A stretch of 64,000 nt of DNA, from positions 224,001 to 288,000 of the forward strand of contig CAWDPO010000003.1 of the NCBI GenBank assembly GCA_963804165.1. Direction: 5' to 3'. This DNA is from an uncultured delta proteobacterium (GTDB taxonomy: Bacteria; Desulfobacterota; Binatia; UBA9968). Numbering within the stretch: position 1 is the first letter of the stretch; each line of letters opens with the position of its first letter. Both the position numbers and the translations under genes were made by a program. The notes beneath the pieces were generated by a model. That model was not told where the DNA came from, searched no databases, and saw only the letters and a program-made list of their open reading frames with translations. Shown here piece after piece: positions 39,013 to 49,564 of this stretch.

Positions 39013-39906
39013 ATGACTCAATCCTCGCAAGATCTATTTCGGATTACGTTGCTCGGCACCGGCGCGCCGCCGCCGAGCCTGGAACGCTTCGGTCCGAGTA
39101 CGCTGGTCGAAGTCGGTGAGCAGAAGTTTATCTTCGATGCCGGGCGCGGCGCCATGCAGCGGCTGCATCAGCTCGGGATTCCTTTCAGCGAGATTACCGG
39201 TATGTTTTTGACGCACCATCATTCCGACCATGTCGTCGGCTTTCCGGATCTCTGGCTGACCGGTTGGATCGGCCGGCCATGGGGGAAACGCAGCACACCT
39301 TTACAAGTTTGGGGGCCGGAGGGGACGAAGCAGATGATGGAACACTTGCCGAAAGCGTTCCACGTCGACATCCGTGTGCGCAGCAAAAGTTATCCGGCAG
39401 AGGGCGTGAAATTAGTCGCGCATGAGATCGCCGAAGGAATCGTGTTCGAGGATGATGGCATCAAGGTTAGCGCATTTGAAGTCGATCACGGCGGAGAGGA
39501 CTTGCCGGCCTACGGCTATCGAATCGATTACAAAGGCCATGCGGTCGCGTTGTCTGGCGACACGACGTTTAATGAAAACCTGATTGAGCATGCGCGCGGC
39601 GCCGACGTCCTCGTTCACGAAGTGACCGCTGTGTCCGGCAGCGCGGCGGAAAGCGCGGAGCAGCTCAAAAGAATCGGCAGCAATCACGCGACGCCGGAGC
39701 AGGCCGGCGAGGTCTTCGCCCGTGTCAAGCCAAAGTTAGCTGTGTACAATCATCTGCTACTATTCGGCGGCGCCAAAGCCGCGGACCTGGTTCCGGCGAC
39801 GAGAAAGAAATATGGCGGGCCGTTGATGGTCGGAGAGGATTTATTACAAATCGCCATTGGCCAAGAGGTTCAGGCGAAGCCATTCGAGAATTTACGCAAC
39901 GGCTAA
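39013..39906 (+). CDS. MBL-fold metallo-hydrolase (RNase Z/AtsA-like)
   Basis: LLGTG, FDAGRG, THHHSDH, VDH, SGDT, LVHE, NH. Confidence 0.9.
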   Translation: MTQSSQDLFRITLLGTGAPPPSLERFGPSTLVEVGEQKFIFDAGRGAMQRLHQLGIPFSEITGMFLTHHHSDHVVGFPDLWLTGWIGRPWGKRSTPLQVWGPEGTKQMMEHLPKAFHVDIRVRSKSYPAEGVKLVAHEIAEGIVFEDDGIKVSAFEVDHGGEDLPAYGYRIDYKGHAVALSGDTTFNENLIEHARGADVLVHEVTAVSGSAAESAEQLKRIGSNHATPEQAGEVFARVKPKLAVYNHLLLFGGAKAADLVPATRKKYGGPLMVGEDLLQIAIGQEVQAKPFENLRNG

Positions 39907-39929
39907 TTTCTTCGAAGAAGGATTTCTAA

Positions 39930-40940
39930 ATGGTGCTTCTGAAATCACTTATTCGTTTCTCACTTGCATGTGCGTGGCTGGCCATTGCTCCGTTCAGCTT
40001 CGCCGCCGCTCCCCTCGAACCCGTCACCATCGGTTATTCGACGTTCTCCGGGGCGTACTTGCCGCTGTGGATCGCCGTCGAAGAGCGTTTAGGAAGAAAA
40101 TACGGTCTCGATTTGAAAACGATCTATGCCGGCAGAATACGGCCGCAACAGCTTCTCGCGAGCGACGAAGTCCCGTTCGTCATGGCGAGCGGTACGGGTG
40201 CCCTTACTTCACACATTCTCGGCGTGAGAGACCAAGTGATCGTCATGACCACCATGAACAAGGTCAATTCCGCTATTTTCAGCCGCAGCGACATCAAAAG
40301 CGCGGAAGAACTGCGCGGCAAAACCATAGCGACCGGTCGTCCCGGCGCGTTCGGCGAGATAATGGTTCGGTATGTGTTGAGAGCGAAGCTCGGGCTTGTT
40401 CCGGACCGCGACGTAAAAATGCTGCCGATCGGTGAAGCTCAGTTGGCGTTTCCGGTACTGGAACGCGGCGTCGTGCAGGCGGCCTCGCTGACGATTCCTT
40501 TTACGTTGATCGCGAAGAAAATGGGTTATCGGGAATTGATCGACTACGATAAAGCCGGCGTCGTATATCCGTACAACACCGTCACGACGCTGCGCCAAAC
40601 GCCGGCCAAGAGCCCCGAACTAACCGAGAAGTTTTTGAAGACGATGATCGAAGGAATTTATCTCTCCAAGACCGACAAAGAGAAAAGCTTGGCCGTGTTG
40701 AAAAAATATATGAAAGGAACGGCCGACGACACCTTGGAAGAGACGTATCAATACGCCAAAAGCGCCGTGGAAGACGTGCCCACCCCATCTTTGGACATAA
40801 CCAAAGCGGCACTGGAAATTTTGTCCTATCAATATCCGCAAGCGAAGGAGACCGACCCGAACTTGATCATCGACACAACGATCATGAAGCGTATCGAACA
40901 GAGCGGGTTCATTAAGGCGCTTTATAAAAAGGGAGGTTGA
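39930..40940 (+). CDS. NMT1-like substrate-binding protein (paralog set A)
   Basis: Signal peptide; WIAVEERLGRKYGLDLK.IYAGRIRPQQLL. Confidence 0.9.
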   Translation: MVLLKSLIRFSLACAWLAIAPFSFAAAPLEPVTIGYSTFSGAYLPLWIAVEERLGRKYGLDLKTIYAGRIRPQQLLASDEVPFVMASGTGALTSHILGVRDQVIVMTTMNKVNSAIFSRSDIKSAEELRGKTIATGRPGAFGEIMVRYVLRAKLGLVPDRDVKMLPIGEAQLAFPVLERGVVQAASLTIPFTLIAKKMGYRELIDYDKAGVVYPYNTVTTLRQTPAKSPELTEKFLKTMIEGIYLSKTDKEKSLAVLKKYMKGTADDTLEETYQYAKSAVEDVPTPSLDITKAALEILSYQYPQAKETDPNLIIDTTIMKRIEQSGFIKALYKKGG

Positions 40941-41071
40941 GTTTTCTTGGGCGGATTGAAGGTCGTCTCGGCCCTGACGGCGCGCGTTGCAAGATGAACT
41001 TTTAGAGTTAGGATTGGCACCGGAGTAATCACGGTCGTTTCTGAGTGGGCAAAAGGATCGAAGGAGGGATT

Positions 41072-41437
41072 ATGTCGATAAAGCTTAATCACACGATTGT
41101 GCCGGCAAAGGACAAAGAGGCTGCAGCGACGTTCTTCGCGAAGCTTTTCGGTCTCAATTACGATGGGCCGATGGGGCACTTCGCGCCTGTGCGCGTCAAC
41201 AAGGAATTAACTTTGGACTTTGATAATGCCGAGTCCTTTGAGCCGCATCACTATGCGTTTCATGTAGACGATGACGAATTCGACGCGATTTTTGGGCGCG
41301 TGCAGGAGGCTGGCATCTCTTGGGGCAGCGATCCTAGAAATACGACGAACCGCCAATTGAACTCCCGAAAGGGCGGCCGCGGCGTTTACTTTCACGGACC
41401 CGACGGTCACCTGCTGGAATTGATGACACGCGCTTGA
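41072..41437 (+). CDS. VOC/bleomycin-resistance family protein
   Basis: LNHTIV, LTLDF, HHYAFHV, GGRGVYFHGPDGHLLE; GGAGG RBS. Confidence 0.9.
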   Translation: MSIKLNHTIVPAKDKEAAATFFAKLFGLNYDGPMGHFAPVRVNKELTLDFDNAESFEPHHYAFHVDDDEFDAIFGRVQEAGISWGSDPRNTTNRQLNSRKGGRGVYFHGPDGHLLELMTRA

Positions 41438-41568
41438 GCGCGAAGTTCAGAAGGTTGGGCGGGAATCGAGAAGGCTTTGGAAATCTGGATTCCGGGTCGC
41501 GCTGGCTTGCGCCAGCTTGCCCGGAATGACGATTGAATTATGTTGTGCATTCCTGAACCACCGCACTG
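41437..41568. mobile_element. MITE-like element containing a GTCATT-type hairpin
   Basis: Imperfect terminal inverted repeats AGCGCGAAGTTCAGAA / TTCCTGAACCACCGCACT around CTGGATTCCGGG..CCCGGAATGACG. Confidence 0.45.
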
Positions 41569-41686
41569 GAATCGTTTCCCATCTCCGAGCCCAACTTTGC
41601 TTTCATGGAGTTCTCGTAAGGTCCCCCGATGGTCATGCCTACGTCTTCATGTAGATAAGTTTTTGGATATCTGAAATAGTTGAACT

Positions 41687-42031
41687 ATGGGCAACAAAAT
41701 TACCGATATCGGGAAGATGAAAAGCAGTGTGGACGCCGGAGTTCGCAGAGGGGTTTTCGATGGCAAGAAGAATGCAAAGTTGGGGACTGAAAAGAATCCG
41801 GCGGTTGTGACGGTACCAACAGAGAATAGAGTCAAAGAAGTGAAGTCTGTATTTGAAAAACATGGATGGACTTATCAAATCGAACTAGAACCGGACAAAC
41901 CTGAGGATATCGCCGATCTGACGCGATTACTGAACCCACTCAAACCGGTGATCGCCGAAAAAAAAGTTGGACGTAATGTGCCTTGCCCATGCGGCAGCGG
42001 AAAGAAATATAAAAACTGCTGTGGTCAGTAG
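41687..42031 (+). CDS. SEC-C motif metal-binding protein
   Basis: [17 protein letters not shown]-terminal [21 protein letters not shown]; AT-richer DNA. Confidence 0.88.
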   Translation: MGNKITDIGKMKSSVDAGVRRGVFDGKKNAKLGTEKNPAVVTVPTENRVKEVKSVFEKHGWTYQIELEPDKPEDIADLTRLLNPLKPVIAEKKVGRNVPCPCGSGKKYKNCCGQ

Positions 42032-42071
42032 CGGATGCGCGGTTCGGTTTATTCGCTACGAAATATTCGGG

Positions 42072-42097
42072 CCCTTCGACCAGCTCAGGGCGAACGG
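42072..42097 (+). repeat. CCCTTCGA..CTCAGGGCGAACGG REP-like element
   Basis: Related copies at 49439-49466, 60348-60370 and 61895-61920. Confidence 0.7.
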
Positions 42098-42349
42098 ACA
42101 AAGAAGAAACCGTATCTGATCGTTACATCAATTCATTGTTCTGTTGGCGTATACGCGCGCGAATGAAAATAGCTGTTTGCGCCTAACGTGGGCGATTCGG
42201 GAGTCGGATCCCGGTCCAGTTCGCTGCGCGCGCTGCCATTTAAGGATTTCCTGGGTCTGAAAGCTGCCTGCGTGGATGCTGTTTCATTGACATGAAACCG
42301 GCGCGGTGATAACCGGCAAGGTTAATCCAGCATCGACGGGATTCACTTT

Positions 42350-43354
42350 ATGCTTCAACGACTGAGTTTCCTCGCCACATCTTTTGTTGTCGTTTCGTTG
42401 TTTTTTGCCGGCCAGGTTTTCGCCGCGGCGCGGCTCGAACCGCTGACTGTGGCGTACTCGAACTTTACGGGCACGTACGGACCGCTTTGGCTCGCGGTCG
42501 AGGAACGCGTCGGAGCAAAGTACGGATTGGACTTGAAAGCGATCTACGCCGGGAGAGTGCGGCCACAGCAGTTGCTCGCCACTGGCGATGTGCCGGTCGT
42601 TGTTGCTTCGGCGACCGGTACAATGACTGCCCATATTGCCGGGGTCAAGGATCATGTGTTGGTCGCCACCCTCACCAGTAAGATCGGTACATCGCTCTTC
42701 GGCAAGGCGGGCATCAAGAGCGTGGAAGACTTAAAGGGCAGGACGATCGCGACCGGCAGGCCGGGCGCATTCTTGGACGCGACGGTGAGATACGTGCTGC
42801 GCACCAAATTCGCCATGAATCCTGATCGCGACGTGAAGTTGTTACCCACCGGCGAACCCTATCTCGGTTTGCAGGCGTTGGAACGGGGCGTCGTCGACGC
42901 GGCGGCGATGTCGGTTCCCCATCTCTTCATTGCGCGCAAAGCCGGCTTTCGAGAATTGGCCAATTTCGATAAGCTCGGGATCGAATATCCCTACACAAGC
43001 GTGGTCGTTTTGCGGCAGACGGTGGCCAAAAATCCGGAGATGGTGGAACGATTCTTGAAATGCCTCATCGAAGGAACTCATCTATTCACGACCAACAAGG
43101 CGAAGACCCTGGCAGTGTTCAAACAATATATGAAGGGCGCCGACGACGAGATCCTCGAGGAGACGTACCAGGCGACTCGCGGGACGTTGGACGAAGCACC
43201 GCATCCGTCAGTTCAAGTCGTGAAAAGTGCCTTGGACATGCTGTCCTTGCAATATCCACAGGCCAAGCAAACCGATGCAAATTTGATTGTCGAGCCATCA
43301 TTTATGAAAAAAATTGACGACAGCGGATTTATACGGGCGCTCTATAAGAGATGA
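42350..43354 (+). CDS. NMT1-like substrate-binding protein (paralog set A)
   Basis: Signal peptide; WLAVEERVGAKYGLDLKAIYAGRVRPQQLL. Confidence 0.9.
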   Translation: MLQRLSFLATSFVVVSLFFAGQVFAAARLEPLTVAYSNFTGTYGPLWLAVEERVGAKYGLDLKAIYAGRVRPQQLLATGDVPVVVASATGTMTAHIAGVKDHVLVATLTSKIGTSLFGKAGIKSVEDLKGRTIATGRPGAFLDATVRYVLRTKFAMNPDRDVKLLPTGEPYLGLQALERGVVDAAAMSVPHLFIARKAGFRELANFDKLGIEYPYTSVVVLRQTVAKNPEMVERFLKCLIEGTHLFTTNKAKTLAVFKQYMKGADDEILEETYQATRGTLDEAPHPSVQVVKSALDMLSLQYPQAKQTDANLIVEPSFMKKIDDSGFIRALYKR

Positions 43355-43508
43355 CAAAGACGATTCGAACGCGTTCAAGCCGTTCACATCGTTTAAGCTG
43401 CGGCAGGTCGAGACAAATACGAAGTTGACTCTTGAGTAAAAATTGCAGACGAAATACAAAACATAGCGGAATCAAATTCGAAATTACTTCGGAAAGTGAG
43501 AAGAACCC

Positions 43509-44549
43509 ATGCTTGACGGAAAATTGAGAATCGCGCCGACCTGTTATCACATGCTGCATCAAGTACCGGTGATGACCGCGCACGAGATGAATTTCTTTTA
43601 TGACGAGGGGCTGGTCACGCCCCACGGAACGCTGGGCTATGAGATATTGACCGATTCGATGGTGCCTTTTGGCCTCGAAAAGCTGGGCATCTCACAGGCG
43701 ATGAAAGAGAAGTCCATCGATATCGCGCTGGATGTCCAGTCGCGCACGGTTTTTTATCAGCGCGCCCGGGGCGCCGATCTCTACATTCTGTGCGGCTGGC
43801 GCAATCAGCACACCAATGTGTGGATGGCGCCGCCGCATATCAAGACGCTGCAAGACTTGAAAGGCAAGCGCGTCGGTATCAGTGACTTCAACAGCATTCG
43901 CCATTGGGCGATCCAGATACAACTCAAGAAGGCCGGTTTGGATCTGGAGCGCGACATCGAGTGGGTGAGGCTCGGCGTCAACGGCAGATTCCACGTGGAC
44001 GCGATCCGCAGCGGCAAGGTTGAATGCGCTCCGGTGTCGCCTTGGAACGCCGAAGATCTCAAAAAGGAAGGTTGCAATGCGCTGGTTTCTCCCGCCGATC
44101 AGTATCCGGATGGACGGCCCGAGCGCATCATTGCCGCCACCGGACGTATCCTCGAAGAGCGGCCCGACCTGGTGAAGAGTTTTCTTCGGGGCATGATCCG
44201 CAGTTATTGGTTTATTCGCGACATGCCGAAGAACTTCGAATATGTGAACAATCTGGAAAAGCGCCTGCGGCTCAAGAGTCCGGACCCGGAAGAGCGCGTG
44301 GTGACGCACCTGAGAAGCCCACGCGATCTCGAAGCCATGCCATTTCCGTTGAACGGCCGGGCGACCGGTTTCGAAGACATGCTTAAGGAAGAAGAGCGGC
44401 TCGGCGAGCTCAATTACGAAGTGCCGCCGATCAAAGAGGTCGCCGCGCAGGATCTCGTCGACGAGGCGTTTAAAGAATTACGCGGAAGAAAAGAGCTGGC
44501 GGAAGAGTACGAGCGCGTGAGTCAAGTCGAGAAGCGGTGGGGATATTAG
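43509..44549 (+). CDS. NMT1/THI5-like periplasmic-binding-fold protein with no signal peptide
   Basis: FFYDEGL, DLKGKRVGIS, GLDLERDIEW, RPDLVKSFLRG; no hydrophobic N-terminal leader. Confidence 0.8.
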   Translation: MLDGKLRIAPTCYHMLHQVPVMTAHEMNFFYDEGLVTPHGTLGYEILTDSMVPFGLEKLGISQAMKEKSIDIALDVQSRTVFYQRARGADLYILCGWRNQHTNVWMAPPHIKTLQDLKGKRVGISDFNSIRHWAIQIQLKKAGLDLERDIEWVRLGVNGRFHVDAIRSGKVECAPVSPWNAEDLKKEGCNALVSPADQYPDGRPERIIAATGRILEERPDLVKSFLRGMIRSYWFIRDMPKNFEYVNNLEKRLRLKSPDPEERVVTHLRSPRDLEAMPFPLNGRATGFEDMLKEEERLGELNYEVPPIKEVAAQDLVDEAFKELRGRKELAEEYERVSQVEKRWGY

Positions 44550-44560
44550 CGCTGCGCCCT

Positions 44561-44599
44561 GTTCAAAAAGTTCAAGACGTTCAAATCGTTCCAATCGTT
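44561..44599. repeat. Tandem 9-mer GTTCMAnnn array
   Basis: GTTCAAAAA GTTCAAGAC GTTCAAATC GTTCCAATC. Confidence 0.8.
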
Positions 44600-44652
44600 G
44601 AGAAGAAGCGACCTGGGCATCGATACGGAATCGTCTCGTGTAAGCCAAGTTT

Positions 44653-45721
44653 ATGAAGGAGTTCGATCAAGTGAAACCAACAAAGTTCAAGTATGGGTTG
44701 AGGTTATTTTGTTATGTTTTCGTGCTCATCCTCGCGCCGACGCATCCGCTTCGCGCGCAAACGGCAAAGAGTTTTTTTGAAGGGAAGACGATCACATTCC
44801 TGGTCGGCTCTTCCGCCGGCGGCGGCACGGATGTTACCGCGCGCGTGATCGCGCGCCACCTGGAGCGTTACATTCCCGGCAAACCGCGAATTGATGTCGT
44901 TAATAAACCAGGTGCGGGCGGCCTGATCGCCGCCAACGAGCTCTACAATTTAAAGAAGCCCGACGGGCTGTCCTTGAGTACCATGAATACTGGAGCCTTG
45001 TTTGCGACGGCGGCAGGTAACGAAGCGATCAAGTTCGATTTGCAAAAGTTTCTCTGGGTCGGCCAAGCTTTCGACGACGCGCAGGTGGTCTATCTCAAAA
45101 CCTCTACGCCGTACACGAGCTTCGAAGCGATCAGGAAGGCCAACAAGGAGGGGAAGCAACCTAAGATGGGCGCCCAAGCGCTCGACCATACGAGCAATGT
45201 TGTCGTGAAAATCGTCGAACAGATTTTCGGTTTAGATTTTCAAGTTATCCCCGGATATCCGGGTACGCCGCAAATCCTGCTCGACATAGAGCGCGGCGCT
45301 CTCGATGGTCGCGCTCAAGGAATTGGTTCCTTGATGACGACCAGGCGTGAGTGGATAAAAAACGGCTATATCAAACTATTCGCCACCTCCAAAAAGAAGC
45401 GCGATCCTCGCATTCCTGACGTGGCCAGCATGGAGGAGATGGCGCCGGCCGGGAGCAAAGCATTGCTGAACGCGTTGTATGCGGGCCAAAATCTCGCGCG
45501 TTCCGTCGTGTTGCCGCCAAACGTGCCGGCGGACCGGTTAAAGAGCGCTGCGCGATGCTTTTGCTGCAATGATCAAGGACGAACTGTTTCTGAAGGAGTC
45601 TGAGAAGTTGGGTCTGGAAGTGGAGTTGATCCGTGGCGAGGAAATGAACCGCGACATCGAAAGCACTCTGCGCGACAAGCGTTTGATGGACCTTTACCGC
45701 ATGATCGCAGCGGCCAAGTAA
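44653..45721 (+). CDS. Bug/TctC substrate-binding protein, C-terminal frameshift
   Basis: GKTITFLVGSSAGGGTD, NKPGAGG, PDGL, GYPGT..IERG; tail LRDAFAAMIKD.. in a shifted frame ending at 45721. Confidence 0.88.
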
Positions 45722-45827
45722 TAGTTGGCGGTTGTCAGTGGGTCAGTATCTCAGAGAGTCGCTTCCGGAAAATCAAACGAAAGAAGGCGGGGCGCTGACA
45801 ACTGCCGGCTATAACTGACACCTGAGT

Positions 45828-47265
45828 ATGACTTCCCTCGCCATCCTCATCGATTTCGGCAGCACCTTCACCAAAGTCACCGCCGTCGATCTCGACAACG
45901 CCCGGCTGATGGGCAGGAGCCAAGCGCCGTCGACGGTGCTGACCGACGTGCGCGAAGGCTTGCTGCAGGCGCTCAACGAGTTGCACCAGTGTTTGCAGTT
46001 GTTCCCACGACCTCCGCAGGATTTATCGAGTCTCGAGGGAAAGACGGTGTTGGCGAGCAGCAGCGCCGCCGGTGGCCTGCGTATCGCCGTGGTCGGCAAT
46101 GTGCCGGGTTTGACGGTTGAAGCTGCCAATCAATCCGCGCTCGGCGCGGGCGCGAAGATCGTCGGCTCGACGGCGTTTAAACTCGTCGGAAGAAAGGCTT
46201 AGCGAGATCGAGAGCCTGCGCCCCGACATGATTCTGCTGACCGGCGGCGTCGACGGCGGCGACATAGAGACCATCCTGCATAACGCCCGCATGCTGGGGC
46301 AGTCGGCGCTTTCGGTGCCGATCGTCGTCGCCGGCAATCAAGCGGCGGCGCAAGAGGTTTCACAAATATTGCAAGAACGCGGCAAAGAGGTCCGGCGCGT
46401 CGACAACGTGATGCCGAAAATGGGAACTCTCGAGGTGGAATCGGCGCGCGAAGAGATACGCCAATTGTTCATGGAGCGCATTACTCACGCCAAAGGTCTC
46501 GATCAGGTCAAAGAGTTCGTCGACGTGGTTTTGCCGACTCCAATGGCCGTCCTCGAAGGGCTTCGGCTGGGCGCGGACGGGACGGCCGAGGAAAGCGGTT
46601 GGGGCGACATGCTCGTCGTCGACGTCGGCGGCGCGACGACGGATGTTCACTCGATCGGTTTCGGTCATCCCGCCGGAGAAAACGTGATTTCCCAGGGCTT
46701 GGCCGAATCTTACGCCAAGCGGACCGTCGAAGGCGATCTGGGGATCCGCTTCAATGCGGCGACTATTCTCAATCGCGTCGGCCTAGACACACTTGCCGAA
46801 GATTTGTGCCGTGATTTTTCGGAATACTCAGTATCGGCAGATGCGCTGCGGGATTATATCGAGCAGATCAGTCAGAAAACCGGCACGGTGCCGCAAGCGC
46901 AGTGGCACTTTGCCGCAGACGCGGTGCTGGCGCGCACCGCGGTCGATCTCGCCGTGGGGCGCCACGTCGGCCGGCGTGAAAGAGTTGTTGCGCGGGAAGG
47001 GGAAGCGTGGGTCCATTACGGCAAGGACATGCGCGACACGCACACACTGATCGGCACGGGCGGCGTGTTCATTCACAACCCCTTTGCCGCCTATATCCTC
47101 ACACACGCCGCGGCGACGGACGATCGTGTGCAGGCGTTGCGGCCGAGAAACCCGGGGATATTTCTCGATTCTTCGTATCTGCTCTACGCCGTCGGACTTC
47201 TATCGGAACGTCACCCAGACGTTGCCCTGCGAATCTTCAAGCGGTATGTAACGCCGGTAGCGTAG
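45828..47265 (+). CDS. glmL: GlmL/MutL-type accessory (reactivase) protein of B12 mutases, one frameshift near 46190
   Basis: DFGSTFTK, ASSSAAGGL, ALGAGAK, LLTGGVDGG, PTP.AV, DVGGATTDVHS, KRTVEGDLG, GTGG. Confidence 0.85.
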
Positions 47266-47310
47266 CGCGGCTCGCGCGCGGTGGCGCGGCGTTCACTTCA
47301 GGAGACCGTG

Positions 47311-48315
47311 ATGACGAGCAAGAAACTCCTGATCCTGACCGGATCGCTCGGGTGGTGGCTTGCCGGCGCGGCATGGTCGTTGGCGGCGGTTCAACTTGAG
47401 AGTTTGACCGTCGGCTACGCATCGTTCTCGGGCCACTACACGCCGATGTGGATCGCGGTGGAGGAGGGTCTCGGGAAAAAATACGGCCTCGATCTCAAAG
47501 CCGTCTACGCCGGCCGGATGCGTCCGCAACAGCTCCTTGTCAGCGGCGACGTTCCCGTTGTGATTGCCACCGGTAGCGGCGCGCTGACGTCGCATATTCT
47601 CGGCGCCAAGGATCAGGTGATCGTCGCCAACTTTATCGACAAAGTCGGCGGTGCGATTTATTCCAAGGGCGATATCAAAAGCCCGGAGGATCTACGCGGC
47701 AAGGTCATCGGAGTAGGTCGCGCGGGTTCGATCTCCGATTCGGTGCTCAGATATGTGCTGCGCGCGAAGCTGGGTCTGGTTCCAGACCGTGACGTAAAGC
47801 TCTTGGTCGTGGGCGAACCCGCGCTCGGCTTGCAATCCTTGGAACGTGGCATCGTCGACGCCGCGCCGCTCAACATGCCGCTCAATTTGGCCGCCAAGAA
47901 ATTGGGCTTCCGCGAGTTGGTGAGCTACGAGAAGTTGGGCATCACCTATCCTTCGAACACGGTGACGACGCTCAGACAGACCGCCGGCAAGAATCCTGAT
48001 CTTATCGAGCGTTTTTTGAAAACCTTGATCGAGGGCCTGTATATTTTTAAGACGCAAAAGGACCGAAGCATCGCTGTCATGAAAAAGAATCTGCGCGGCG
48101 GCAGCGACGAGATTCTCCAGGAGACCTATCAACTCACCGTCAGCGAGATGGAGCAGATTCCGACTCCGTCGTTACAGGTCATCAGAAGCGGATTGGACAT
48201 TCTGTCGTTGCAATATCCTCAGGCGAAGCAAACCGATCCCATGGCGATCTTTGATCCGTCGTTTGTCCGACGCATCGAAGAAAGCGGTTTTATCGCGAGG
48301 CTTGGCAAAAAGTAG
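47311..48315 (+). CDS. NMT1-like substrate-binding protein (paralog set A)
   Basis: Signal peptide; WIAVEEGLGKKYGLDLKAVYAGRMRPQQLL. Confidence 0.9.
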   Translation: MTSKKLLILTGSLGWWLAGAAWSLAAVQLESLTVGYASFSGHYTPMWIAVEEGLGKKYGLDLKAVYAGRMRPQQLLVSGDVPVVIATGSGALTSHILGAKDQVIVANFIDKVGGAIYSKGDIKSPEDLRGKVIGVGRAGSISDSVLRYVLRAKLGLVPDRDVKLLVVGEPALGLQSLERGIVDAAPLNMPLNLAAKKLGFRELVSYEKLGITYPSNTVTTLRQTAGKNPDLIERFLKTLIEGLYIFKTQKDRSIAVMKKNLRGGSDEILQETYQLTVSEMEQIPTPSLQVIRSGLDILSLQYPQAKQTDPMAIFDPSFVRRIEESGFIARLGKK

Positions 48316-48334
48316 AAGCGCGGGGACGCCGTGC

Positions 48335-49210
48335 TTAGCTGAATCGTGCCGCGATTTCTCCCAAGCGCTCCATCTGATCTAAATCCTCCGCGCACGGACG
48401 CAGTATAAATTCATCGACGCCCATATCGGCTTGACGCTTGATCGATTCCTCCACGGCCTCTCGCGACGCCGGTAACGTGCCCAATCGCTTCGCGGCGAGC
48501 TGCGGATTGTAGCCATAGTTGTGATTAATGTAGCGCGTGGCATGGTCGAGTGCGTTCGGTCCCAAGGCGAAGTAGCTGGCGCCGACCCAGCGTGGCTGGC
48601 CTATACGCCGGTTTTCTTGCCATGCCTGGAGGATCTGTTGCCACATCTTGAGCATGCTCTCTGGCTCACCGCCGCCTGGCGCCATGTAGCCGTCGCCCCA
48701 TTTGGCGATGCGCTGCACGATCGCCGGCACGTAACCGCCGATCAACAATTCCGGTCCGCCGGGACGGGGCGATTGCGGGCTGATCAGCCCCACTTCATTC
48801 GACAGCGGTTCACCAGCCCAGAGCCGGCGCAGGGTCGGCAGCTGCTCTTCGACGCGCCGGCCGCGCCGGTGAAAGTCGAGGCCGGTGGCGAGATAATCGT
48901 TTTCGCGCACGCCGATGCCGATGCCAAGCGTCAGTCGCCCGTTTGAGATGACGTCGATCGTCGCGGCTTGTCTGGCCAGCAACGTGGTCTCGCGGGTCGG
49001 ACCGATCACGACGCTGGTCATCAGCCGAATGCGCCGCGTCGCTCCGGCGGCCATCGCCAAGACCGCCAGCGGTTCGAGCGCCTGGGATACTACGCGATCG
49101 GTGACGACCACGCTGGAGAAAGGCCCGCGGTCCGCGCGCGTAGCCCAATCGAGCATCATGTCGCCGGAAGCGTCGGCGACCCGGCTGGGTAATCCTAATG
49201 CGATGCGCAT
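48335..49210 (-). CDS. LLM-class (flavin/F420-type) oxidoreductase
   Basis: MRIALGLP, VTDR, AGATRRIRL, LARQAATID.ISNGRLTLGIG.G. Confidence 0.88.
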   Translation of the reverse strand: MRIALGLPSRVADASGDMMLDWATRADRGPFSSVVVTDRVVSQALEPLAVLAMAAGATRRIRLMTSVVIGPTRETTLLARQAATIDVISNGRLTLGIGIGVRENDYLATGLDFHRRGRRVEEQLPTLRRLWAGEPLSNEVGLISPQSPRPGGPELLIGGYVPAIVQRIAKWGDGYMAPGGGEPESMLKMWQQILQAWQENRRIGQPRWVGASYFALGPNALDHATRYINHNYGYNPQLAAKRLGTLPASREAVEESIKRQADMGVDEFILRPCAEDLDQMERLGEIAARFS

Positions 49211-49564
49211 GATTCCCTCCAATAAGAGATCAACCTTCGATAGCCTTTAGTATTCGACAACGTATCGAATGGTGACGCCTGGTGTCAAACGACGCCAATC
49301 GACAACCCTTAGGACATGGTTATCCGGCAGAATTTTCGTCCCCAAGTTATGTTGAATTCGGCTCGTTCAGTTTGTCGTCATGTCGTTGTTTGAAGACTGC
49401 GACGAACTGTCCAATTGGAGGAGTTCGATCCTACGGAACCCTTCGACGCGAGCTCAGGGCGCACGGACAAGTTGAAACGCGTCGTGCTGAGGTTCGAAAC
49501 CGTGGACAGTGAATGCACGGCGGTTAAAACTCGGCAACGAGTTCATTCGTTCAGGAGGCCGAGG

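Noticed and set aside
39013-39906. Call as housekeeping RNase Z (rnz)
   Set aside because: Motifs also fit AtsA-like sulfatases, and the catabolic context argues against assigning the symbol
49415-49564. Extended N-termini in the ORF track (also 21696-21788, 23173, 33677, 51425)
   Set aside because: Extensions run through repeats or upstream genes; downstream starts fit RBS position or family N-termini better
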